The notes beneath the pieces are model-generated. The model did not search any database. It was not told the DNA's origin and saw only the letters and a list, made by a program, of their open reading frames with translations. Both the position numbers and the translations under genes were made by a program. From Basidiobolus meristosporus CBS 931.73 (lineage: Eukaryota > Fungi > Basidiobolomycota): a stretch of 64,000 nucleotides of DNA. The DNA lies in contig MCFE01000049.1 of the NCBI GenBank assembly GCA_002104905.1, positions 124,001 to 188,000 on the forward strand, given 5' to 3'. Below, in pieces: positions 24,701-35,269 of this stretch; within the stretch, counting starts at the first letter, position 1; each line of letters starts with the position of its first letter.

Positions 24701-25316
24701 GATCAGTATATGCATCTACATAAGGCTAGTACCTGCATCAGTACTTATGGCAGGTGATCTAGGTCTGTGTTACCATCCCTACCATTTCAATACCATATGT
24801 GGTATTTCTATGTTACACAGGTTTCAGACTACCAATCCCTGATTGGTTGGATGTGCTGTGCCTTTTAGAACCTTCCAGGACATTCTTGACATATTTTTAG
24901 CACATAGTGATATCATCAAGAATTCCACTGATGCCTATAATCTTCTAGAACCTGGTCATTAGTAATCACTTGACAATCAGGAAAAGTATTCAAGGGAAAG
25001 AAATCCCTTGTCAATAAATCATCCCTTCTATCAATAACACTTCTCCCTTATTGCTTAGCAGTTGATCACTGCACCTGCCTTCAACAGTACATCTCAGACC
25101 TGCCATCAAGAAGCTTTTTAGTGTAGGGCACAAGACACACAAAGGCCTTTGGAGATGCTTGGAGCACCTAGGAAGCTAGAGAAGCAGGAGGCTTTACCAT
25201 AGTGACATATTGACAAAGATACCAGCAGTTTAGACAAAGAGGTTATTGCACCCATCAGACACCTCACACACCTTGAGTTGTGTAGCTTCTCCCAGGAGTA
25301 CATCTAAACTGCCCCA
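21706..25316 (+). mobile_element. Non-autonomous Gypsy-type element (LTR family Z): LTR-PBS-gag-protease-PPT-LTR, TSD CCAT
   Basis: LTRs 21706-22505 and 24514-25316. gag (PFFDGTKVKAFIKRWE; CIWCDSANHSKSNC), protease (IDSGSEICVM), PPT AAGTGGGGGTGGA at 24501-24513. No RT, RNase H or integrase. CCAT on both sides. Confidence 0.9.
22510..22527 (+). promoter_or_regulatory. tRNA-Lys-type primer-binding site, CpG-decayed
   Basis: TGGCACCCAATGTGGGGG versus canonical TGGCGCCCAACGTGGGGC; both CpGs are mutated (to CA and TG). Confidence 0.85.
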
Positions 25317-25626
25317 CCATGCAAGATGGAGTAGAGAATGGATACAGTAGTGGCAGAAATCTATGTGTTCAGCTTTATGTTTGTAGTATAGCCGCTCAAA
25401 TCCCATCACAAACTCCTCACACAACAGCTGTATATGCGCCAAGTTGTGCATTGGTGATACGCTTCTGGATAAAAATTCCTATAATGTCCATATATGACTC
25501 CCAATGCTTCCAATGTACTCTTGGTAGGAATTGCTTTAGAACACCACTTGAATAAATACATATCCAGTTCATCCAGTCTTTGCATTTGTATTGTTGCATA
25601 TGCATATCAATATTATTGGAGCCCAT

Positions 25627-26430
25627 TGTGGTGGTGTAGAGGTACTCCTGGGAGAAGCTACACAACTCAAGGTGTGTGAGGTGTCTGATGGGTGCAATAA
25701 CCTCTGTGTCTAAACTGCTGATGTTTTGGTCAATATGTCACTATGGTAAAAGCTCCTTCTTCTCTAGCTTCCTAGGTGCTCCAAGTGTCTCCAAAGGCCT
25801 CTGTGTGTCTTGTGCACTACCCTGAAAAGCTCCTTGATGGCAGGTCTGAGATGTACTGTTGAAGGCAGGTGCAGTGATCAACTGCTAATCAATAAGGTAG
25901 AAGTGTTACTGATAGAAGGGATGATTTATTGATGAGGGATTGCTTTCCCTTAAATACTTTTCCTGATTGCCAAGTGATTACTAATGACAAGGTTCTAGAA
26001 GATTCTAGGCATCAGTGGAGTTCTTAATGACATCACTATGAGCCAAAAATATGCCAAGAATGTCCTGGAAGGTTCTAAAAGGCACATCACATTCAACCAA
26101 TCAGGAATCAGTAGTCTGAAACCTGTGCAACATAGAAATACCATATATGGTATTGAAATGCTAGGGATGGTAGCGCAGACTTAGGTCATGTGTCATGGGT
26201 ACAGAGGTGGGTACTTGCCTTATGTAGATACATATACTGATCACAAAGCTGAATAACATCTGGGATAACTAATGCTAATAACTAATCAGGGTAAACATCA
26301 TATGGGGATAATACTGATAATATGGGCTAAAGAAGAATGAGATAATACTGATAAGATAAATTATGGATAAGTATATCATAATGACTATAAGAGTAAACTT
26401 GTCTGTGGGAGGTATGTTTACCCTACCACA
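25627..26430 (-). mobile_element. Family Z solo LTR (804 bp), TSD CCAT
   Basis: CCAT|TGTGGTGG...CCTACCACA|CCAT. Reverse complement of 21706-22505. Confidence 0.93.
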
Positions 26431-28381
26431 CCATGAGAAGTACTTAGGGTAGCAGATGCTCTGTAATATCTTGCCAATTCTTTCAAATTACTCCAGCATC
26501 CTTAAGGGCTCATTTAGCTTGAAATGCCCCATGTACAGCTTGGTCATCAGTATAGGGATATTGTTGAAAAGCAAAGGCATTGCTCCCAGTGGACAGCTTT
26601 TGCTACAACAGATACCCTCCATCTTAAGTATCTCCAGTTTCTGATTGATTCCATATTCTGGCCAATGGCTTATAGCTTGCCAACTTTGCTGCAATTGCAT
26701 GCTTACTTCTGTACATTCTCTCTGTGGAAGGATGATGTTCTTAGTGCTGGTGTTTGGGTAATAATAATGTGTGAGAGTTATGGAGTAAATCCCCTAGCTC
26801 TCACACATTTGACAGCAATACCGTCCATTGTGTGCAGAAAAACTTGCTATCCTGCTGATGGCTGGGGTATCTCCAATGCAGATAATAATTTGAGCTTTTA
26901 CATGACAGCCATTTACCATTATCCTGCTGGAAATCATACAAAATTCATCCAGCAATGGATACAGTTAGCTAGCCAGGTTGGACAGTGATTTAAGCCCAGA
27001 TACCAGTGAGACTACTATCAGATTATTGCTCTGAAATTATAAGATGGGCAGCAGATTCAGATTGATGAGAATCAGTGGCCAGCAGGATTTGCTGGTAAAG
27101 TACTTTTTTAATGAGAATCCATCAAGTGCTAAAGCAAAGGCATGGTCATACATACCTTAGATATAGCCCTTGCTACTTAGCTGTTTGTAATGTTTGCCAT
27201 CAAATATATTGGATATGTTTGTGCTTGATTGATTCTGAGTGTGGTACTGTATATCTTTGCAATATTTGTTGGACTGCATCAGCTTCCTCACACCGGATAT
27301 GAACAGAATATATCCGGAGTGTGAACAGTGTTTTCCCCCAATGGTGGTGGATTCCTGACAACTTGGGCCCATTGCAATAGTAGCATTTTTGGATGTGAAT
27401 GCCATGCAATTGTTAACACATGCTGGAATCAAGACAGTCTCTGGATCATATGTTGCCAGCCGCATGACAGTTGGCCTCTTGTACCATGTACATGGTAAGT
27501 TACATCACGGTAAGATGTTGGCAAGAAATAGTAATAAATCCTCAAAGCCCGCATTACTGATATCAGTGGAAACATGCCACTTCTCTAGCCACAACATTAC
27601 ATCATTCACCAGTAGATGGATTACTGGGCTTGCTTGGCTCCATTAAGTATCCTTGGCATTTGTTTCATTGGGTGTTGTCTCATTGCATATAGGGATTTGA
27701 CCGGGCTCATACATGGTACTGTTTTTAGGGGAGATGGGCTCAAAATCCATTAGTGAACCTTCTTCATCAGAGCTTTCACTCTGCATGCCATATTGAGAAG
27801 GCTGAGGTGGGCCTAAAGGCATCACAAACTCATCTGACTCAGTTTGCGCAAGGTGCCAATATAGAATCATCAACTGGTCAGCAAGATAATGTTGGTACAA
27901 TAGTGACCAATGAATGGTCAAATATAACTTGGGTGGCAAAACACTGGCCATGATACTTGTAGTACTTCCTACGCTGTCTGCATGCTTTATGGCTGAGAGG
28001 CCTGTCACAATAGCCACATGGTCTTTTTTCTCTTCTCATACGGCATTGAGTCAAAGTATTCTTGTCCATAGACCAAACAGCTTGACCGTCAACAATGCAA
28101 CACTATTATATCACTTTTTGGTCAATACTCATGTGAACTTAAGATAGTCTTGTATTTGAGACATTGCACTTACATGAGTGTAAGATTCAATGATGACCTG
28201 CCATAGTAAGCATTATAAATAAAGTTGTGGCACCACATACACATGTATATGTAACACTATTTCCCCTTTGGTTTGACTCACTTCCATATATATGCTGCCA
28301 AAAAATAAAGCAAAGTTGTCTGGTTCTCAACCAAACCCCACCGCTGATAACAACAGAAGAATGGTTGGATAACAGCTTGCT

Positions 28382-29280
28382 TTGACATTCAGTGCAACAA
28401 GTGGGGCTACATTCAAAAAAGGCCCTGTGGACAGTGTGCCCATTAAAGGTAATAATGCAGACTCCTCAGTCTCACAGTCAAGTAGGCTATTGAGAACCTC
28501 TGTGGAACCACAAGCTGACCATTATGCTCAGGCAGATGAGAATGAAGCAAATGCAGTACCCTCAGTTGAAGATCAGCAAGTGGCCATGATAACATCACCA
28601 CCACCCATATTACCAAGTATACTGTCAGCTCTTACCAAAGCATTAATGAGGCAATTAGGTGCAGTGGCTGATAGAATAGATGCAATGACCAGAGAAATCA
28701 GGAAATAGTCCAGAAGCAGGATGAGTGGATAATATGTGTAGAGCAATCAATATCCCTCGTAGAGAAAGCAGTATCTTTGCTCCAAAGAAGGAACTCAAGT
28801 AGCTTAATGTCACAGCCAAGAATTGAGCCATTTCCCAATGTAGCAGCAGAAGAACACTGTACAGTCTTTGAAGCACAACAGCAGTGCCCAAAGATAAAGC
28901 CCACAGAAAAACCTATCACAGCATGGGAGGGAGACAATGTGGTGTTTATACCAAAGCCTTAAAATCAAAAGACATTGAAGATCCATGAGGCCATTGAGTG
29001 CAATATTGAAGAGTGGGCTAATATACAAGAGGCTGTCAGAAGTCTAGCACACCATCCCCTTAAGGCCAGCATACCATGGGACCATCGGGAACTCAAGGAC
29101 AAGCAGAATGCACTTGACTTGTTCCATGAACATTATCCTGGATTCAAATGGGCAAGTGGATTCTGGGCCAGCATTGATATCCTAAGAAAGTATCTTAAGA
29201 ATAGCAGAAACTATCAAAGGCAGAAGTACAAGGGTGCCATGGCTAAATACCAGCAGCTTCCTTCCACACTTGGTAGTTAG
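28382..29280 (+). pseudogene. Putative second (accessory) ORF of the EnSpm-like element, divergent from the transposase
   Basis: ORF pieces 28382-28708 and 28975-29280 (FKWASGFWASIDILRKYLKNSRNYQRQK). The same 5' region is present in a second copy at 4545-4624 + 15328-15450, next to the transposase 5' end. Confidence 0.5.
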
Positions 29281-29284
29281 ATCC

Positions 29285-29597
29285 ATCCAACTTTTCAGCA
29301 GAGGGAAATATTCCAGTAATAGCAGTAGAAGACATTGAAGAGAGTGACTGCTTGGGGTTCTTAACCTGTTGTAAGAGTCTTGGATATATTGAAAGTGACT
29401 GAGAGAACAAGTAGATTATTTAGCTTTCACTTAATGATTAATTGAGTGTAAAAGTAGTGTTTATACTTCTACATGGTCATGGCACAATAAGCATGCAGAA
29501 TATGATCAGGAAGGTCCCATCAATATGTGTGCAAAGTTTGAAGCTGTTTGGACAACTTTGATAACTTTCATGTTCTAGGTACCTGTTGCATTGGTGA
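29285..29597 (-). mobile_element. Copia fragment: 3' part of a 5' LTR, PBS and gag start
   Basis: Homologous to ~17130-17455; LTR similarity stops at 29597. Confidence 0.8.
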
Positions 29598-31280
29598 CAC
29601 TAATGTTGTGTTTAGTGGAAACCATACTTTTGCCAAGTATTCTTTCCATTTGACAAAAAATGACTTTTAAAAAAGTTTTGTCAAAGAAGGCTTCTTATAT
29701 TGAATGCAACTAAGATCACATTTAATAGAACTCAAACATTTGCCAAATATTTTTCTCTTGGACAAAAAAAGTCTTTAGAGAAGTTTTGACAGAAAAACTT
29801 GTATCCAGGATACAACCAATGTTGTATTTAATGTGGTGGGAATAAATGATTTGTTTACATGAAATGTGAGAGAGGTGATTAAGCCAGGAATTAAGGAGTG
29901 TGAAAAAGAGGCAACAGCCAATCAATGTACACAAGCACAGGAGGTAATTAAGTGTTAAGGATCAGAAAGTGAGAGAGTTGGCAGAGAACCAATCAAAAGC
30001 CACTTATGTGCTGTTGTGATAGTGGATCCAGTCTGGATCAGCCATCAGGATCCTATTAGGAGACAATTGTAGTACCAGCAGCTTGGAATAAATGACCTTC
30101 TACACAATCTTATGAAGGGCTCACAATGGTGTTTGTCTAGTTATATTGCCAAATAAAGTTACAATCATGATGGTGTTTGTATGGTGTTTTGCCAAGGTTT
30201 GCATGGCATTGTAGCAGTCTGAATGCACTCTACACCTATTTGAGTGGATCAAAGTGGCCAGTGCATCCAATTGCCTTATATGGCAAAAAACTTGACAGTG
30301 TTTTGATGGCTTCATTGCAAGCCTCTTGTTATGAATAGACAGAAGGCAGGAGAGTAGGGCTAGGCAAGGCAGGACCAGGAAAGGACTTATGTGTGGATTG
30401 ACAAGGCAAGGCATGTTTCTAAGACAAGGTGGATTTCCAAGTCAAGGGTGTTTATTCAAGACCTGTGTTTATCAGACTGAGGAATACATAAGGGGGGATA
30501 GGACTATATATACTTTTTAGCTATATGGATGCCAAGAGATATTGGCTAATACTGATGGGGTTCTGGGGTGAGGCACAGTAAGTGTGCCAAGATAGAAATA
30601 TACTAAAGTACAAACTAGAATATCACATGGGAATATGTCAGGGGTCAGCTGATCATGTGACCAGGTTATATGAGATGTAATTACCATATATGGTATGGGA
30701 CCACATAAATTTCAATGGGAAGCTTTCATAGAATGTTCCATTGTGTAACGTTGACTTGGAGCTTTCAAGAAGCTGCTAAAATGTAGTAGAACTCTCTAGA
30801 AGGAATTTGGATTTCTTTGCTGACTTGATTTGGCTTGATAATTGGAGGCCAGGGATGACATGCAAACATAACACCTCTGATGGCATTTTCACAACAGTAT
30901 GGCAGCCTACAGCCACTTCTGTATAATGCTACCATACCAACTTACCAAATGGTATTTCCTTTTTCTAACTCCCCATGTGCAATTCATATATTCAGCTGTC
31001 AAATCACCCTTGTTTATTTGCATACCCACTACTACCTTGGGTATTCCACATATAGTTGGAATCAAAAAAACTATGGCCTCCTACCTACTAACTGCTACAA
31101 ACATGCACACCTGCCATCATTGACATACTTCTATCACCTCTACTTTACAGTTTTCTAGTCTGATACTTGCAAAGTTGCCATATACCTTTATTGCTGGTGA
31201 CATATACATCTTGCAAATATATGCTTTGTTGCTGCCACTTCTGCCATGAATACCTTGTGAATATCTGCAAAGAGCTTGTT
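29598..31280 (-). mobile_element. Further EnSpm-like copy: CACTA terminus, subterminal repeats and transposase 3' end
   Basis: CACTA at 29598. Positions 30020-30326 + 30874-31270 are colinear with 15840-16540. Confidence 0.7.
30327..30873 (-). mobile_element. Solo LTR (547 bp, family W), TSD CCTCT
   Basis: CCTCT|TGTTATG...CATAACA|CCTCT. Excision restores colinearity with the copy at ~16130-16150. TATA followed by AATAAA on the minus strand. Confidence 0.92.
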
Positions 31281-31449
31281 GGTGCTTGACTTTCTTAATT
31301 CTTCATCCAGGGGCCTTACATATATATAATTTTAGGTCAAATCTTTAGTTCTGTACTCTAAGGCTGATGCAAGGCCCTGAAACTTGCCATTCTGGCTATT
31401 CATGATGGTAACTAACATATCTTCATGTGTAGTTGGTATGCCCACAGAT

Positions 31450-32300
31450 TCCATCTCATCCACCAGCAGGAGAATTCTGTTGATTAAATTTTTTATTTCT
31501 TCTCATGGCCGCATCATGGTGATAAAGGATCTTGTCTGATATACATTTTCTTAGCATCTCAACATGAATTGCATGTGCTCTCTAATGCCTTGTAAGCATT
31601 CTTTGCCATCTTTGTTCCTCAGCATCAAATTAGCAATTGGTCATTAACATTAAGGCAAATGCAGCTATAGGCACTCTGTTCTTTCTTCTAGTACTTTGAG
31701 GCTTCCTCTCCAGCAGTTTTAGGAGGGCATTCTCCTCCTACAATGATATTCCAAAGGCCTCTTTCTAGTATCAGCACCTGAATCCTCACCTTTCACACTC
31801 AAAAGTTAGATCCATCAGGTTTTGAGTAGAGCAAAAAACTCCAGTGATAGAGGTTGTAGGCCCTGCAAAGAGCAACAGCTTGGGCACATAACCAGTTGTA
31901 AGAGTTTTGGAGATATTTGAAGTGATTGGGAGAGCAAGCAAATTTTGTAGTTTTAATTTAATGATTTATTAAATGCAAAAGTAGTATTTATACTTTTGCA
32001 TGGTTTTGGTATAACAAGCATGTAAGATAGGCTTAGGAAGGTCTCAAGGGCCTGTGTACAAAGCACAGGTCCATATGAACAATTTTGAGAATTTTCATGT
32101 TCTGGGTACCTATTGTTTGAGAAGAATATCCTGAGTGAGTCCTAGCAAGGAATCTGGTCAGTATTCTCTAAGATTTGTAGGTAATGATCTAAGTGACCAA
32201 GTTAGGTGATCATTTAGGTGGAATTACCAATTTTTACACCACTCCCACTTGACTACAAGTAAATACTGACTAGTCCTAATTTTGACCTAAGCACATAGAT
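31450..32300 (-). mobile_element. Copia remnant: RNase H end + PPT, one LTR (31894-32241), then PBS + gag start
   Basis: Minus strand reads CTTAGGTCAAAATTAGGACTAGTCAG...AAGTGGGAG-LTR-GGTTATGTGCCC-gag. Confidence 0.8.
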
Positions 32301-32359
32301 ATTAGACAGCACTTCACGCATGCAGCTGTAGTAAATATCTTGGCTTAGTTTACTGCTTT

Positions 32360-32815
32360 ACAGCTAGAATGCTTGCAGACACACTAACCAAACCATAAGC
32401 TAGAGATAAATCTCAATATCTAAGGTCTAAATTAGCACTAGTCAGTATGAGCTTTTAGCAGAGTGAGAGTGATGTAAAAGTTTGTAATACTGCATAAATA
32501 ATCACCTAACTTAGTCACTTAGACCATAACATACTATTATACAGAATACTGACCAGATTCTTTGTCAGGATTTACTTCAAATACCTCACCAAAACTACAG
32601 GTATGTGGAGATGAAGATTCCCAGAGTTGCCCAGGCAGACCAAAGCTTTGCACACAAGCGCTTGGGACCTTCCCAAGCCTATTCTACATGCTTGTTATGC
32701 CATGACAATGTAAAAATATAAATACTACTTCTACATTCCATGAATCATGAGGTGGAAACCACATAATCTCCTTGTACTCCAATCACTTCCAATATCTCCA
32801 AGATCCTTACAAAGA
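32360..32815 (+). mobile_element. Copia 3' end remnant (RNase H tail, PPT, degenerate LTR)
   Basis: MLADTLTKP*ARDK tail, GCAGAGTGAGAG tract, LTR similar to 21353-21701. Confidence 0.75.
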
Positions 32816-32939
32816 AAAAGGGATAATAACTAATCAATATACAGAAATGTAGGAGGTGTTTGAGTGTTGGGGAGCAGAAAGTGAGGGAAATGGCAGAGAA
32901 CCAACCAAAATCCACTTATTTAATGTTGTGATTAAAAAT

Positions 32940-34761
32940 CTTGACCAAGTATTTTGCAAAATCTGAGGTGCAACTTTTTTTGATGGCTTAGGAAATACTA
33001 GGCTGATGGTACAGTTGAAAGTTACAAAGCAAGACTTGTGGCCAACAGATACTATCAAACAAAAGAACTTGACTACACAGAGACCTTTGCACCGGCAGCC
33101 AAGTTTAATTCCATCAGATTAATTTTAGCTATTGCAGCCAAATATAAGTCTTTTATACATTAAATGGATGTAAAACTGCATTGTTGAATGGAGAACTTGA
33201 TGAGGATATGTATATGGACCAGCCTGATGGGTTTGCTGACCAAGATGACCCCCATTTGGTCTGCAAGCTTAAAAAATCTCTATATGGACTCAAACAATAT
33301 CCATGAGCCTGGGATTGCAACACAGTTTTTTATTTGGAATCTTTGAATTTCAAAAGGAGTAATGCTGGCTATAATATATATTATAAGCCAAATAGAGCAA
33401 TTGCAGCTCTATTAGCTCTCTATGTGGATGCTCTTATCATAGCTTCTAATAACCTAGACATGTTGGAAGAGCCTAAATTGAGCCTATCTAAAGAGTTCAA
33501 GATGTCCAATCTAGGAGTACTCAGCTACTACTTATGGATAAAGTTCTTCATAGACAGAAGTACCCAGACTATCATCCTAAGCCAATCCAGGTATATTCAA
33601 GATATACTATAGAAGTATCATATGAAAGACTGTAAACTGGCAGCTACCATAATGGAGACAAGCTTCAACTTGGTCAAAACTTAACCAAATCAAGAAGGCT
33701 TGGTGCCATCTGAAAGCCCTTACTTTCCTTATCAGTCTATCAATGACAGCTGAATGTAAATTATGCATAGAACACATCCAGATATTTCATATTCAGTGGG
33801 AGTTGCCAGCCAGCATAATCAGAACTATGGATCTGATCATATTGTAGCAGTTAGGCAAATTTTTAGTTACCTAAAAGAAACTGCTGAAATCTGCTTAAGG
33901 TACATCTATAAGGATTCAGAACAGGTTCTTGCAGGATACTCTGATGCTGATTGGGGACAAAATTTTGAAGACAGATGATCCACCACAGTATACACCTTTC
34001 TTGACTGTCAAGGAGCAATTTCATGGAATTCAAAAAAGCAACCAACTGTAGCACTTTCTACCACAGAGACAGTGTATATGGCAGCCTGTGAAGCTACAAA
34101 AGAAGCAATGTGGTTAAGAAAACTCCTTACAGATTTAGGCCTATGTCAAAAAATGCCTATTACTTTATTTCAAGATAATCAAGGATGTATACAATTAGGT
34201 AGAAATCCAACTTTTCATGCTAGAACCAAGCACATAAATATTGGACATCACTTCATATGTGAAGCTATAGAGAATAACTTAATTAGCTTAGTTTACTGTC
34301 CTACAGATGAAATGATTGCAGACATATTTACCAAACCATTAGCTAGAGACAAGTTTGAATATCATAGGTCAAAATCAGGACTAGTCAGTATGAGCATTTA
34401 GCTGAGTGGGAGTGTTCTAAAAACTTGTAATTCCACTCAAATATTTACCTAACTTGATCACTTAGATCATTACCTTCAAATCCTAGAAAATACTGACCAA
34501 ATTCCTTGTTGAGATTTACTTTGAGAATTTTCATGTTCTGGGTGCCTGATAATTTGGAGAAAATATTCTAAGTTGTCCAAACAGTCCCAAACTTTGTTTA
34601 CAAGCTCTTGGGATCTTCCTAAACCTATTTTATGTGTTTGTTATGCCAAGACCATGTGAAATTATAACTACTACCTTTACATTCAATAAATCATTAAGTG
34701 AAAACCACATAATCTACTTGTTCTCCCAATCACTTCCAATATCTCCAAGACTCTTACAACA
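32940..34761 (+). mobile_element. 5'-truncated Copia (RT, RNase H, PPT, 3' LTR 34413-34761)
   Basis: Colinear with 19880-21701; the RT part is more decayed than the RNase H part. Confidence 0.9.
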
Positions 34762-35269
34762 CTTCTGCTACGACAATATCTTAAAGGCCTCTTTCTTGTA
34801 GCAGCATCTTCATCTTCACCTTCCAGAATTTGTAACCAGATCCACCCAACCTTTCAGCCAAGGGAAAGATTCCAGTAATAGCAGTAGCGGACATTCCAGG
34901 GAGTGATAACTTGGGGCTCATAACCTGTTGTAAGAGGTTTGATGATGTTGCATGTGATTGGGAGAGCAAGTAGATTAAGCAGTTCTCACTTGATGATTTA
35001 TTGAATGTAAAAGTAGTAGTTATACTTTTACAAGGTCTTGGCCAGACAAACACATAGAATAGGTTTGGAAAGGTCTCAAGAGCATGTGTGGAAAGTTTGG
35101 GGCCGCTTGGACTTCTTGTCAATATTTCATGTAATGGGTACCTGATATTTTGATGAAAATATTTCAAGTCCCAACAAGGAATTTGGTCAGAATTCTCCAC
35201 GATTTGTAGACTATAATCTAAGAGACTAAGTTGGGCGAATATTTAGGTATAATTACAAATTTTACAACA
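34762..35269 (-). mobile_element. Copia 5' end (LTR 34926-35269, PBS, gag start); last transposon before the gene region
   Basis: LTR homology, PBS GGTTATGAGCCC, gag LGGSGYKFWKVKMKMLLQERGL. Confidence 0.88.

Larger units (their letters stand above)
16200..28069 (-). pseudogene. CMC/EnSpm (Tnp2/Transposase_21-type) transposase, split by a Copia, a Gypsy-type element and a solo LTR
   Basis: Motifs CVNNCMAF (27157-27465), DIFDGKHYKQL, LYPLLDEF...GDTPAISRIASFSAHNGRYCCQMCE (~26800-26990). HLAW|CVDNIGPCFTFWEFPIEQMCG is rejoined across 25317/17019. Confidence 0.85.

Noticed and set aside
1-35269. Classical RIP as the cause of TE decay
   Set aside because: Diagnostic differences I could trace are mostly CpG-type (TG/CA pairs). 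A CpA/TpA bias could not be quantified by eye, so RIP is neither supported nor fully excluded.
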